From: Gemmatimonadales bacterium
GTDB lineage: Bacteria > Gemmatimonadota > Gemmatimonadetes > Gemmatimonadales > GWC2-71-9
Assembly: GCA_041615815.1 (NCBI GenBank)
Contig: JBFJCP010000002.1
Location: 1-64,000 of the forward strand
Direction of reading: 5' to 3'
DNA length: 64,000 bases
Shown here: one piece after another, positions 27,380 through 37,917 of the stretch
Layout of the letters: every line of letters starts with the position of its first letter
Position numbering within the stretch: position 1 is the stretch's first letter
Program-made: the position numbers and the translations under genes
The notes under the pieces: generated by a model
What the model saw: the letters and a program-made list of their open reading frames with translations, nothing else
Database searches by the model: none
What the model was told of the DNA's origin: nothing

Positions 27380-28671
27380 CGTCAGGCCCTCATCGGTCTC
27401 GCGGTGTTCCGCTCCTCCTCCTTAGCGGTCTCCAGCTAGTAGCGCTCACGGCGCTGGCAGCCACGGGAACCGTGCGCACAGGACCGCTCGTGCTGGGGTA
27501 CGGCGTCGCGTTCGGCGCGTACGTCGGCATCCTCCTGGTACTGCGCCGCACACCTCCTCCCGTATGGCTGGCCGTCGCCCTCGGGCTCTTCCTGCGTCTG
27601 CCGTGGCTCGTCGGCCCGCCCACCCTGTCCGACGACGTGTGGCGCTATCTCCACGACGGGAGAGCCCAGGTAGCGGGGGTCAACCCCTACCGGTATCCGC
27701 CGTCGGCGCCCGAAGTCGATGCCTTTGCCGGGCCGGAGCGTCCGCTGATCAATCACCCGGAGCTGCGCACGGTCTACCCCCCAGGTGCCCAACTCATGTT
27801 CCTGGTCTCCGCCATCTTGGGGGGAAGCGTCCTCGCCTGGAGGGCCGTCCTCTTGATCTGCGAGCTCGCGCTCGCCGCGGCGCTCGTGACCGTCCTCCGC
27901 CGGAGAAACCTACCGCCGGGCCGGGTGGCGGCCTACCTGCTCCACCCACTCCCCGTGATCGAGTTCGCAGGGAACGGTCACGTGGACGGTGTGGCCCTCG
28001 CCGCTCTGGTCGTGGGCCTCGCACTCCTCGAGCGGAAGCCTCTTGCCAGTGGAGCCGCCTTTGCTTGTTCAATCGCGAGCAAGTACCTGCCGGTTCCCGT
28101 TGTTCCATTCGCCGTGCGATCCCTCGACGGCAGAGGTCGTTGGCTTTTCACGACAGCGTGCCTCGGCGCGCTGTTCGCCGTCTATCTGCCCTATCTCAGC
28201 GTGCCACCTTTTGGGAGCTTGGACACGTTTGCCACAACCTTCGAATTCAATGGCTCGTTCTACCGGATGTTCACGCTCTTGCTCACGCCGGTAGCGGCCC
28301 GCGGAAGCCTCGTGTTGGCCCTCTTGTCGGTCCTCGCGTGGCTGTGGTGGCGACGCGCGACGGCGGATCAGGCGGCGTTCTGGTGGATCGGCGCTGTCCT
28401 CTTGGCGTCCCCGATCGTCCACCCGTGGTACGTGACGTGGCTCATTCCTTTCTTTGCGTGGCGGGCCCACGCATGGGCGGTGGCATGGACGGGAACGATC
28501 ATCCTGGCGTATGCGGTGCTTCCAGCGTGGATCGGCGACGGTGTGTGGCAGCTGCCCGCTTGGGTCCCCTGGGCGGAGTATCTCCCGGTCGCGCTCGTAG
28601 CAGGGGTGGCGGCAGCGTTCCCCCGTATCGGCACGGGGGCAGGCCGCGTCCGTGCGCCCTTCGACCGCTGA
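27373..28671 (+). CDS. GT-C (GT87/MptB-like) multi-TM glycosyltransferase
   Basis: LSDDVWRY.HDG....GVNPY..PP, TVYPP, HPL..IEFAGNGHVD, FEFN, VHPWY; start uncertain. Confidence 0.85.
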   Translation: MTSSGPHRSRGVPLLLLSGLQLVALTALAATGTVRTGPLVLGYGVAFGAYVGILLVLRRTPPPVWLAVALGLFLRLPWLVGPPTLSDDVWRYLHDGRAQVAGVNPYRYPPSAPEVDAFAGPERPLINHPELRTVYPPGAQLMFLVSAILGGSVLAWRAVLLICELALAAALVTVLRRRNLPPGRVAAYLLHPLPVIEFAGNGHVDGVALAALVVGLALLERKPLASGAAFACSIASKYLPVPVVPFAVRSLDGRGRWLFTTACLGALFAVYLPYLSVPPFGSLDTFATTFEFNGSFYRMFTLLLTPVAARGSLVLALLSVLAWLWWRRATADQAAFWWIGAVLLASPIVHPWYVTWLIPFFAWRAHAWAVAWTGTIILAYAVLPAWIGDGVWQLPAWVPWAEYLPVALVAGVAAAFPRIGTGAGRVRAPFDR

Positions 28672-28763
28672 CGGGCAGCAACCCGGCGACGTCTCGTTAC
28701 ATTTCTCGACATTCCACGCTCATGTGACCGTACCCTCACCGCGGCAATCCGGGAGGAGCGCCC

Positions 28764-31247
28764 ATGCACTGTCGTTCTGCGACCATCGCCACCGTTGTCG
28801 TCTGTCTCCTCGCCGCCTGCGGAGGCAAAGCTTCGGAAACCACGCCCATCCCCCAGGCCCGCGCGGATTCCCCGCGACAGCGGGGCGAGGGGGGCAACAA
28901 CCAGGAACCGAAACCCTATGGCGAGGTCATCACCGCGGACGCCGTGACCGATTCGGGCCTCCTCATCGTCCACCGAATCGACGATGAGCTGTTCTACGAA
29001 ATTCCCGACTCCCTCTTGGGGCGGGAGATCCTCGTCGTATCGCGTCGTGCCCGAACGGCGACGAACATCGGGTACGGGGGGATGAAGAACAATACGCAGA
29101 CGATGCGGTGGGAGCGGAACGGCAAGAAGGTCTATTTGCGGATCGTCTCGTACGAGAACGTGGCCGACGATTCTCTTCCCATCTATCAGGCGGTGCGGAA
29201 CGCGAACTTCGAGCCCATTGTCCACGCGTTCGATATCGCCGCGTTCAATCCGGATTCGTCGAATGCGGTGATCGAGGTGACCGATCTCTTCACGACGGAC
29301 GTTCCCGTGCTCGGACTTGGCCGTTCCACGCGTGAGCAATACAAAGTCCGCAACCTCGATCGGGATCGTACGTACATCGCCTGGGCCAAGAGTTTCCCGC
29401 GCAACGTCGAAGTGCGCCACGTCCTGACGTACAATGCCCAGGAACCGCCGGCCAACTCTTCCACCGGCACGATCTCCGTCGAGATGCACCACTCGATGAT
29501 CCTGCTCCCAGACGTGCCCATGCAGCCGCGGCTGTGGGACGAGCGTGTGGGATTCATTCGCGTGCAACAGGTGGACTACGGCCGGAGCGAGCAAAAAGCG
29601 ACGACGCGCCGATACGTCACTCGCTGGCGTTTGGAACCGCGGGACACCGCCGCCTTCCTCCGTGGCGAGCTCGTGGATCCCATCAAACCCATCGTCTACT
29701 ACATCGACCCGGCGACTCCCGTCAAATGGCGTCGGTTCCTCAAACAGGGCGTCGAAGACTGGAACGTGGCGTTCGCGGAGGCCGGCTTTCGCAACGCCAT
29801 CATCGCGCGCGACCCACCGTCACCTGAGGAGGATCCGGAATTCAATCCCGAGGATATCCGATACTCGGTGATTCGGTGGTTTCCGTCTCCCATTCAGAAC
29901 GCCTTTGGTCCCCACGTGCACGATCCGCGGTCGGGAGAGATTCTGGAGAGCGACATCGGGTGGTTTCACAACGTGCTCAACCTCCTGCGGAATTGGTTCT
30001 TTGTGCAGACGGCAGCCGCCAACCCGGCCGCCCGTGGCGTCACGTTCGACGATAGTGTCATGGGCGAGCTCGTGCGATTCGTGGCCGCCCACGAGGTGGG
30101 CCACACGCTCGGGCTGCCGCACAACATGAAGGCGAGCGCCTCGTACCCTGTCGATTCGCTGCGATCCGCGAGCTTCACGTGTGCGATGGGCACCGCCCCT
30201 TCGATCATGGACTACGCACGGTTCAACTACGTGGCACAACCCGACGACGAAGGCGTGTGCTTCATGCCCAAGATCGGGCTGTACGACAAGTGGGCCATTC
30301 GGTGGGGCTACCGTCCGATCCCCCAAGCTCCAAGTCCCGAGGCGGAACGAGCGACCCTGGACTCCTGGATCCGCGATCGCTACGGCAACCCCATGTATCA
30401 TTTCGGGGACCGTAGCGGCATCGATCCCACCTCACTCACCGAAGCGATCGGCGACGATGCCATGAGAGCCAGTCGATACGGGATCGCCAACTTGCGGCGC
30501 ATCGTGCCCAATCTCGTCACCTGGACCTATCAGGAACGAGAAGACTACGCCGAACTCGAGGAGCTGTACGGTCAGGTCATCGGCCAATGGAACCGTTACA
30601 TGGGACACGTGGCCGCCAACATCGGCGGCGTCACCCAAACCAGGAAGACCTACGGTCAAGAAGGGCGGGTGTTCGATTTCGTGCCTGAGTCGGTGCAGCG
30701 TGAGGCCATGCGATTCTTCGCCGAGGAAGCGTTTGATCCTCCAACGTGGCTCGTCGACGAGAATGTGCTGGGACGCATCGAGAACGTCGGCACCGTCGAG
30801 CGCATGCGGCAGATCCAGGTGCGGGTCGTGAACCTCGTGCTTGACCCGGGCCGGATGCAACGGCTCATCGAGGCCGAAGCGCGACTCGGTGGGTCGGGCT
30901 ATGGCCTCGGGGAGATGTTGGGCGATCTCCGTGCCGCGATTTGGAGCGAGCTGGGAACCGGTCGATCGATCGGGACATATCGGCGCAATTTGCAGCGCGG
31001 CTATCTGGAGCGAATGGAGTGGCTGATGACCGACGAGCCCGAAGAGCGTCCGTCCCCCTTTGGTGCCGCAGCTGCCACGCCGGTCAACGTGCCGCAGTCC
31101 GACATTCGTCCCGTCGTCCGCGGGGAGCTGGAGACGTTGAAGCGGGAGATCGGTCGGGCGTTGTCGCGAGGAGCGGATCGAGCCACCCGGCTTCATTTGG
31201 AGGATGCGCGGGTGCGGATTGATCAAGTCCTCGATCCCCACCGCTGA
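28764..31247 (+). CDS. Zinc-dependent metalloprotease lipoprotein (DUF5117/5118/4953 type)
   Basis: Lipobox LAAC; DPRSGEIL, AHEVGHTLGLPHN, SIMDYARFNYVAQP. Confidence 0.9.
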   Translation: MHCRSATIATVVVCLLAACGGKASETTPIPQARADSPRQRGEGGNNQEPKPYGEVITADAVTDSGLLIVHRIDDELFYEIPDSLLGREILVVSRRARTATNIGYGGMKNNTQTMRWERNGKKVYLRIVSYENVADDSLPIYQAVRNANFEPIVHAFDIAAFNPDSSNAVIEVTDLFTTDVPVLGLGRSTREQYKVRNLDRDRTYIAWAKSFPRNVEVRHVLTYNAQEPPANSSTGTISVEMHHSMILLPDVPMQPRLWDERVGFIRVQQVDYGRSEQKATTRRYVTRWRLEPRDTAAFLRGELVDPIKPIVYYIDPATPVKWRRFLKQGVEDWNVAFAEAGFRNAIIARDPPSPEEDPEFNPEDIRYSVIRWFPSPIQNAFGPHVHDPRSGEILESDIGWFHNVLNLLRNWFFVQTAAANPAARGVTFDDSVMGELVRFVAAHEVGHTLGLPHNMKASASYPVDSLRSASFTCAMGTAPSIMDYARFNYVAQPDDEGVCFMPKIGLYDKWAIRWGYRPIPQAPSPEAERATLDSWIRDRYGNPMYHFGDRSGIDPTSLTEAIGDDAMRASRYGIANLRRIVPNLVTWTYQEREDYAELEELYGQVIGQWNRYMGHVAANIGGVTQTRKTYGQEGRVFDFVPESVQREAMRFFAEEAFDPPTWLVDENVLGRIENVGTVERMRQIQVRVVNLVLDPGRMQRLIEAEARLGGSGYGLGEMLGDLRAAIWSELGTGRSIGTYRRNLQRGYLERMEWLMTDEPEERPSPFGAAAATPVNVPQSDIRPVVRGELETLKREIGRALSRGADRATRLHLEDARVRIDQVLDPHR

Positions 31248-31389
31248 CGATCGGCTCCATGAGGGGTTAGGGGCGAGGGGCGCGAGAGCCTCGCAGGAGG
31301 ACGGTCCCGTGGCACGACCGGGGCGTTCATTCCACCGAACTGTCGCCCATCCACGTGGGAACGCGCCACTTGTGTCGGACCCTAACCCC

Positions 31390-31923
31390 TCATCCCTGCC
31401 TCCCCAACGGTATCACCACCCGAACCCGCGGGCTCAGGATCGTGCCGAACTCGCTTTCCCCCTCCAGGGACGCCGTACCGGCCCGGAGCGCCATGCCGAA
31501 GAAGACATAGCGGAAGCCAAACAGCACCGCGGTATACGAACCGAAGAAGATTCCACGCAGGTCGGTATCGTCGAAGGGCGAGAACCCAAGGACCGAGAAT
31601 CCCGCTTCGACCTGCAGGAAGTCGTCGTGCTGGAAACGACCAAAGGCGTCGAGATGGACCACGTCCCAGATGTTGGGCTCGAAGTTGTTCTCGTTCCACT
31701 CGAACGCAAAACCGCCCATCACGCCGAGCAGGAAGGGCGAATCCTGGATCCTCGCCGCAAACCCCAGGGCACCCGTGGCCACCGGGCCCACCTCGAGTAC
31801 GACTTGGTACTTGTGGCGGACGGGGTGGCTGGCGTCCGCGTCTTGCGCCTGAAGTGCGGTGGCTCCAGCCCCCAACGGCAAGCACGTGAGGAACACGACG
31901 AACCGGCCGCGCCCTGGGGTCAC
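31390..31923 (-). CDS. Hypothetical secreted protein (small beta-barrel-like)
   Basis: Signal peptide LQA|Q, aromatic/Gly beta strands; GTGA overlap with the upstream oxidoreductase. Confidence 0.55.
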   Translation of the reverse strand: MTPGRGRFVVFLTCLPLGAGATALQAQDADASHPVRHKYQVVLEVGPVATGALGFAARIQDSPFLLGVMGGFAFEWNENNFEPNIWDVVHLDAFGRFQHDDFLQVEAGFSVLGFSPFDDTDLRGIFFGSYTAVLFGFRYVFFGMALRAGTASLEGESEFGTILSPRVRVVIPLGRQG

Positions 31924-33908
31924 GAAGTGCGTCCCACTCGCTCCACGGCCACTCGAGCGTCGTTGAAGCAGGCACCACCCCCAACCACGTTCAACGTGGC
32001 CGGACACAGCGCCGTGGACGTCTGGCCATTCTCGGACGAGTGCCGCCATGCGCCCTTGGGGATGTAGACAACGCCCGCCCGTACACCTCGACCCACCCGA
32101 GCGCGACAAATGACCTCGCCCAGATCGTTATACACGCGCACCCGGTCACCGTCGCCGATACCGAGCCGGCGCGCATCGCCCGGATGCAGTTCGGCGAACA
32201 GCTCATCGAAATTGAATTCCCCAAGCGTGCTCGAAATCATCTTGGACGTGGCCGGGCTGATCAGCGCGAGCGGAAATTGTTTGGCGTCGACGGGATTGTA
32301 CACATAGGGCTTGGGTCCGAGCTCGGAAGGTGTGAGATGGACCTTTCCGTCGGATGTCCCCGGAAAGATCGTTCCGAACTGGACAGGACTCTGCTCCCGA
32401 AATAGCGAAATGATCTGCCCTTCGCGCAGTGCGTCCACGTCGAGCTGGAGGCTTTGTGCCACACGCTGAAACGCCGTCTGGTCGTCCCAGTGGAACGCAT
32501 CGTCGCTCCATCCCATGGCGCGCCCGAGCGCGGCGAAGACCTCGACGTTGGACTTGGCCTCCCCGCGGGGGGCGATCACGGGTCGGACGGCACCCACCAC
32601 GTAATTCCCGTACCCTCGTCGAAGGTCCCAATGCTCCAGAAACGTCGTGGCGGGGAGCAAGAGATCGGCGTAGACGGCGGTATCCGTCATGACCTGATCG
32701 AACACCACCGAGAAGAGATCCTCGCGGGCCAAACCGCGAAGCACGGCGTTTTGGTCCGGCACGGTTGCGGCCGGATTGCAGTTGTAGACGAAGAGCCCCT
32801 TGATGGGCGCAACGTCGTCGTGCAGCACAGCGCCCAGCTCGGTCATATTGATGATGCGGGTGGGCTGAGCCGGCACGTCCAACACGTCGGTGGGATCGAA
32901 CCGCAAGGCGCCGGTGTTGCTGAGCGTGTACCCACCGGCGCGTACCGCGAACTTGCCCACCAACGCCGGCATCGCGAGGATGGCGGCGACGGCCTGTCCG
33001 CCGTTGCGATTGCGCTCGACGCCCCAACCGCACCGTATCACGGCGGGACTCCTCTCGGCATACACGCCGGCCAGTCGCCTGATATCCTGCGCCGGCACAC
33101 CGCTCACCGCGGCCGCGCGTTCCACCGGCCACGCCGCCGCCGCCGCGAGCAGCGGTTCCAGCCCGTCGCACCATCGGTCGAGGAAGGCACGATCCAAGTA
33201 TCCCTCCTCGTGAAACAGCCGGATCATGCTCAAGGCCACGGGCAAATCCGTTCCCGGCAGCACCGGGAGATGCAAGTCGACCTCGGAAGCGCTGAAGTTT
33301 TGTCGGGGATCGACGACGGCGACGAAGGCGCCTCGCTGTTTGGCTTCGCGCAGAAAAGGCACCAAATGGATGTTCGAGGCTTTGGGGTTGGCCCCCCAGA
33401 TCACGACGCACTCCGAATGCACGTAATCGTCGAACGCCACCCCCGGCATCTTCCCATACATACCAGTGGCAACCGCGCCGGTTGGCGCGGCACAAATGGT
33501 GAGCGCCAACCGGGATGCGCCGAGCCGCGCAAAGAACAATCGATCCAACAGTCCATCCGTCAGGAATCCGTTGGACCCGCCGTAGTGGTAAGGAAGGATC
33601 GCCTCGCCACCCCAGGCGTCCACGATACGCTGAAACCGGCTCGAGATCTCAGCCAACGCATCCGGCCAGGAGATCGGGGCAAACCGTCCCGAGCCCTTGG
33701 GACCCGCGCGCCGCATGGGACGCAGCAGCCGGCGCGGGTGATCGAGCCGCTCTCCAAAACGCGCCACCTTGGAACAGATGAATCCGTTGGTGGCCGCGTG
33801 ACTCCGAGAGTCGCGAATGCGCTCCACCGCGTTCGCCGTCACGGCCACCTCAAGCGAGCACGTGTCCGGACAATCCATGGGACACGTCGTGGTATGCAGC
33901 GTGGGCAT
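31920..33908 (-). CDS. Molybdopterin-dependent oxidoreductase (4Fe-4S N-terminus)
   Basis: CPMDCPDTC...GFICSK, ISW.DAL, MTDTA.YAD.LLPA..FLE, C-terminal molybdopterin-dinucleotide-binding domain. Confidence 0.92.
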   Translation of the reverse strand: MPTLHTTTCPMDCPDTCSLEVAVTANAVERIRDSRSHAATNGFICSKVARFGERLDHPRRLLRPMRRAGPKGSGRFAPISWPDALAEISSRFQRIVDAWGGEAILPYHYGGSNGFLTDGLLDRLFFARLGASRLALTICAAPTGAVATGMYGKMPGVAFDDYVHSECVVIWGANPKASNIHLVPFLREAKQRGAFVAVVDPRQNFSASEVDLHLPVLPGTDLPVALSMIRLFHEEGYLDRAFLDRWCDGLEPLLAAAAAWPVERAAAVSGVPAQDIRRLAGVYAERSPAVIRCGWGVERNRNGGQAVAAILAMPALVGKFAVRAGGYTLSNTGALRFDPTDVLDVPAQPTRIINMTELGAVLHDDVAPIKGLFVYNCNPAATVPDQNAVLRGLAREDLFSVVFDQVMTDTAVYADLLLPATTFLEHWDLRRGYGNYVVGAVRPVIAPRGEAKSNVEVFAALGRAMGWSDDAFHWDDQTAFQRVAQSLQLDVDALREGQIISLFREQSPVQFGTIFPGTSDGKVHLTPSELGPKPYVYNPVDAKQFPLALISPATSKMISSTLGEFNFDELFAELHPGDARRLGIGDGDRVRVYNDLGEVICRARVGRGVRAGVVYIPKGAWRHSSENGQTSTALCPATLNVVGGGACFNDARVAVERVGRTS

Positions 33909-33981
33909 AGAGAAAAAGTAGCAAAACGCCCACCACCCCGCGACGATGTGCAGGGAGAATGGGCTTCCGATGTTGGGCGGG

Positions 33982-34611
33982 TTAGCGGTCGATCTGAATC
34001 CTGATGGAGTGGTCCTGCACCTCCGTGCGCAACTCCTCTCGGAGCTCGTCCCGCAACCGGCGCATCTTCACTCGGATATCGTCGCAGACCGCGACGTCCG
34101 GATCACTCAGACGTTCGCAGGCCACGTCGTCCGCCACCACGAACAGCTGGGCCTGGCGATCGGCGCCCACGAAGATCACTTCGCCGAAGGGCACGAGGCC
34201 GGCGGTGTCACCGGCACACTGGAGGACATGCTTGAGACCCTCCAGCGGCCAGGTACCGTCCATGGCATCCAGATCGATCCGGAACTGACAACCGTCGAAC
34301 CGGTGCGTGGCAGCGTCCCCATCCATCCGAACCACGAGCCGCAGGCTATCCACAGCGCCCGGCCGATTCCGCATGACGACCACGTGATCGAGTTTGCCGA
34401 GCCGCACACCATCGACGTGGAGCGTGGAGACGAGAGGCAGATTCCCGACATGCATGGTCACGGGATCCGCGCTGTGCTCGAGTTCGTGCGCCCACCCCTC
34501 GACCTGCTCCACCACCGCCGAGCCCTTCTCGACCCCCCAATTGACGGTCAGCCCGGCCACCACCACCAAGGGGGCACCAAGGAGTATCAGCGCTTTCTGC
34601 GTGGTCGACAT
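33982..34611 (-). CDS. Hypothetical membrane-anchored protein
   Basis: N-terminal TM, plausible codon usage, fills the intergenic gap. Confidence 0.55.
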   Translation of the reverse strand: MSTTQKALILLGAPLVVVAGLTVNWGVEKGSAVVEQVEGWAHELEHSADPVTMHVGNLPLVSTLHVDGVRLGKLDHVVVMRNRPGAVDSLRLVVRMDGDAATHRFDGCQFRIDLDAMDGTWPLEGLKHVLQCAGDTAGLVPFGEVIFVGADRQAQLFVVADDVACERLSDPDVAVCDDIRVKMRRLRDELREELRTEVQDHSIRIQIDR

Positions 34612-34746
34612 AACGGCCCTCAACCGAGAGTTCTACTAAACATACGGCCGCGGCCCCGCGGGGGTTTCAATGCTTCAAACGACCGTCCCGCTTGACGATA
34701 GCCCTTCGGGGGATCATTCTCCCGAACCCTCAGACGAGGTCCCCCC

Positions 34747-35412
34747 ATGGCTCAAGGGTCTTTCGTCGCCCAGCAGCTCGAGCGGCTCCGACCGATATGG
34801 GAGACCATGCTCGGCCACCGTTTCCTCATCGAGACCCGTGACGGCACCATCCAGCCGGAGCGATTCATCGATTGGATGCGTCAGGACTACTGGTTCGTCG
34901 AGCGGTCCAGCGAGTTCATGGCTGCCCTCATCCCCCGGGCTCCACGCCATCACTGGCGAGAGCTCTGCAATGTGATCGACGGTCTCGACAAGGAGCTCAA
35001 GCTGTTCGAGGACCGGGCCGCCGCGGTGAACATTCGGTTGAGAGACGCCCAACCGTCGTTCACGAACCACGCATACATCCAGTTCCTTCTCTCGACCGCC
35101 TACCGCGCCTCGTACCCGGAGGCGTATACGGTGTATTACGTTGCGGAGAAGGCGTACTTCGATTCCTGGAGCGTGGTGAAGGCGGGGATTGCCACCGACT
35201 CCCCGTGGTACCCATTCGTCGAACATTGGGCTGGAGAGGGATTTGGCCAGTACGTCCGGCGGATCGGCCAGCAGCTCGACACCATCGCGGAGGAAGCTGG
35301 TACCGAGCTCCGAGAGGCCATGGCGGAGTACTTCGAGCTCACAACGAAATACGAGTTGGCGTTCTGGGAAATGGCGGCGACCGGCGAAACGTGGCCGGGA
35401 GTCGACGATTGA
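34747..35412 (+). CDS. tenA: TenA family protein (thiaminase II-like)
   Basis: H.F......GT.....F..WMRQDY.FV, Y..F...W, YELAFWEMA. Confidence 0.85.
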   Translation: MAQGSFVAQQLERLRPIWETMLGHRFLIETRDGTIQPERFIDWMRQDYWFVERSSEFMAALIPRAPRHHWRELCNVIDGLDKELKLFEDRAAAVNIRLRDAQPSFTNHAYIQFLLSTAYRASYPEAYTVYYVAEKAYFDSWSVVKAGIATDSPWYPFVEHWAGEGFGQYVRRIGQQLDTIAEEAGTELREAMAEYFELTTKYELAFWEMAATGETWPGVDD

Positions 35413-35477
35413 TTGACGGTCGGAAAGTCGGAAGCTTGGAAGGAGTCCAGAACGGGTGGAGCACACCGGCGTTTCGG

Positions 35478-36728
35478 ATGAAAGGTGATCGGAGGAAGGG
35501 AGATCGGGGACCGCCTCCACGGATCCTCCACGCGGACGCGGATGCATTCTTCGTGCAGGTGGCCCGGCTGGCGGATCCCGATGGAGCTGGAAGGACGCGG
35601 CTGCTGGTGGTGGGGGGCTCGGCGCAGCACCGCGGGGTGGTGACCTCGGCGTCGTACGAGACCCGGCCCTTTGGCGTCCGCTCGGGCATGCCCATGGCAC
35701 AGGCACTCCGCCTGTGTCCCGGTGTGGTGCAGGTGCCAGTCCCGCGTGGTGCGTGCGCGGCCAAAAGCAAGGAGATCCGCGCGGTGCTGGAACGGTTCAC
35801 CCCCGTGGTCGAAGCGGCGAGCATCGACGAGTTCTACCTCGATCTCTCCGGCACGGAGCAGCTCTACGGGCACGAGCCGCTCCGCGCCACGGCTCGCACC
35901 ATCCGCAAGGCCGTGCTGACGGCCACGGGTGTCGCCGTCTCCATCGGGGCCGGCACCACGCGGCTGGTGGCCAAGCTCGCGTCTCGACGAGCCAAGCCCC
36001 ACCCCGATCGCAAGTCCGCTGGGGTCTTCGTCGTGGCCCCGGGTGAGGAAGGATCGTTCCTGGCGGAGCACCACCTGGCCGCGATTCCGGGCATCGGCCC
36101 GCGATTCCAGGAGCGGTTGGCCAACCGCGGACTCCGCACCGTTCGCGATGCCCTCGAGCACGACGAGCGCACCCTTACGGCGTGGTTCGGCGACCGCAGC
36201 GGTCGCTGGCTCTACCGCCGCATCCGCGGCATCGACTCCGCCACCGTCAGCTCGCGTAGCAAGGCGCGGTCGCTGGGACACGAACAGACCTTCTCCCGCG
36301 ACATCGATGCCGACGATGCGCTGGACCAGGTCCTGCGCCGCCTCGCCGCACAAGTGGGCGCCGACCTCCGGGCCGGCGATCTTCGGACTCGCACGATAAC
36401 CGTCAAACTCCGTGACGCCGATTTCACGACCCGGCAGGCCAGCCGAACGTTGCCGGATCCCGTGGCGGCCGATGAGCCCATTGCTCGCACCGCCCGGAGT
36501 CTGCTGTTCCGGCTCCGGCGCGCGCGGCGCGTCCCCGCGCGCCTCATGGGAATCTCGCTCTCGAACCTCACAGGCGCCGATGCGACTCAGCTCACGCTGT
36601 TCCAGTCGGCGGATGCAGCAGTGGAGACCGAGCGCGATCGCGCCCTCTCCCGGACGGTGGACCGGATCAACCGGTCGCTGGGTGGACGGCGGATCCGTCG
36701 CGGCAGTGAGATGTCGCCGGACCGCTAG
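35478..36728 (+). CDS. dinB: DNA polymerase IV
   Basis: ILHADADAFF, ASYE.R.FGVRSGMP, SIDEFYLD, AKLAS, IPGIG, little-finger domain. Confidence 0.93.
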   Translation: MKGDRRKGDRGPPPRILHADADAFFVQVARLADPDGAGRTRLLVVGGSAQHRGVVTSASYETRPFGVRSGMPMAQALRLCPGVVQVPVPRGACAAKSKEIRAVLERFTPVVEAASIDEFYLDLSGTEQLYGHEPLRATARTIRKAVLTATGVAVSIGAGTTRLVAKLASRRAKPHPDRKSAGVFVVAPGEEGSFLAEHHLAAIPGIGPRFQERLANRGLRTVRDALEHDERTLTAWFGDRSGRWLYRRIRGIDSATVSSRSKARSLGHEQTFSRDIDADDALDQVLRRLAAQVGADLRAGDLRTRTITVKLRDADFTTRQASRTLPDPVAADEPIARTARSLLFRLRRARRVPARLMGISLSNLTGADATQLTLFQSADAAVETERDRALSRTVDRINRSLGGRRIRRGSEMSPDR

Positions 36729-36797
36729 GGACGCTCTGCGCAAGTCGTCCTAGCCCCCACCCCAGCTTCCGCGTTACCCCTGCAGGACTTCCCGAGC

Positions 36798-37367
36798 TCA
36801 TTTCTTCTTCAAGATGGCACGCCACCCGGTGGCATGCGGGAGTGGGTGGACGTTCTCGCTCCATTGGCGGGCCGACTCCACTAGATAGAACAAATCGGGA
36901 TCCACGCCCTTCGCCAGGTCGATGACGCTGCGCACGCGCGGCCCACGCGCCGACACGTACACGAGGTTCACCGGTCCTTGGCTGGTCGTCCCGTCAAACG
37001 TGGCCAAGACGCGCCCTTCGCCATTCAGCGCTGCGGCAATCCTCTCGCCGTTCTCCTTGGACAGGATCCGGATCACAAAGAGCTTGAGGGCGAGGGCCCG
37101 CTCGATGAGAATCCCCGCACCAACGCCCGCGGCGAAGCCCGCGGCGTAGACCGGCGCGAGCCACGGCGCATCGTCGAACCGGGACACCACCTGCGCAATG
37201 GCGGTGACCCAGATCAACACCTCGAAGAAGCCGAGCACTACTGCGAGCCGTGCCCGCCCCTCGACGACGAAGATGGTGCGCACCGTTCCGATTGCGACGT
37301 CGACGACCCGCAGCAGAAAAATGGCTCCAGCCACTGCCCAGATGGGGAGTTGGTCGAGGAAACTCAT
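36798..37367 (-). CDS. DUF5698/DUF2179 membrane protein
   Basis: [31 protein letters not shown]. Confidence 0.85.
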   Translation of the reverse strand: MSFLDQLPIWAVAGAIFLLRVVDVAIGTVRTIFVVEGRARLAVVLGFFEVLIWVTAIAQVVSRFDDAPWLAPVYAAGFAAGVGAGILIERALALKLFVIRILSKENGERIAAALNGEGRVLATFDGTTSQGPVNLVYVSARGPRVRSVIDLAKGVDPDLFYLVESARQWSENVHPLPHATGWRAILKKK

Positions 37368-37762
37368 GACACCGGACGGCCATCCGGGTTCGGCAACACT
37401 CGTTGCGTGATGATATAATCCTGCACGGGCACGCCACCCACGAGGTGTTCCTGGATGATCCGCTCCAGTACCGGGGGATCGCAGTGGTGATACCATGCGC
37501 CTTCGGGGTACACCACCGCGATGGGTCCGCCCTCGCAGATCCGGAAGCAATTGGCTTTGGTGCGGTAGATACCGCCCTGCTCCGAGAGCGCCAGCTCCTT
37601 CAACCGGCGTTTGAGATACTCCCACGCCTCGAGCGAGCGCGCGCGGTCGCAGCACTTAGGCTTTGTCTGATCGCAGCACAAGAAAATGTGCCGGCGGATC
37701 GCGGGGACGCCGACGTCACGTGCCGTGCGCCGTAGCGGCGCGGTGGGATCGATCGTTGGCAT
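37364..37762 (-). CDS. Thioredoxin-like [2Fe-2S] ferredoxin
   Basis: RHIFLCC...[26 protein letters not shown]. Confidence 0.9.
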   Translation of the reverse strand: MPTIDPTAPLRRTARDVGVPAIRRHIFLCCDQTKPKCCDRARSLEAWEYLKRRLKELALSEQGGIYRTKANCFRICEGGPIAVVYPEGAWYHHCDPPVLERIIQEHLVGGVPVQDYIITQRVLPNPDGRPVS

Positions 37763-37917
37763 GGACGGATACTATCGCGCTGGGGCCGTGCCGCCAACGG
37801 CCCGTCGCCACAAAACGCCAACAGGGCTCCCGGTACTCAGGAGCCCTGCTGGCCAAGCAAAACCAGAAGCCGCTAGCCCTATGCGCTCAGTTCATGAGCG
37901 CTTCATCAGCACCCTCA

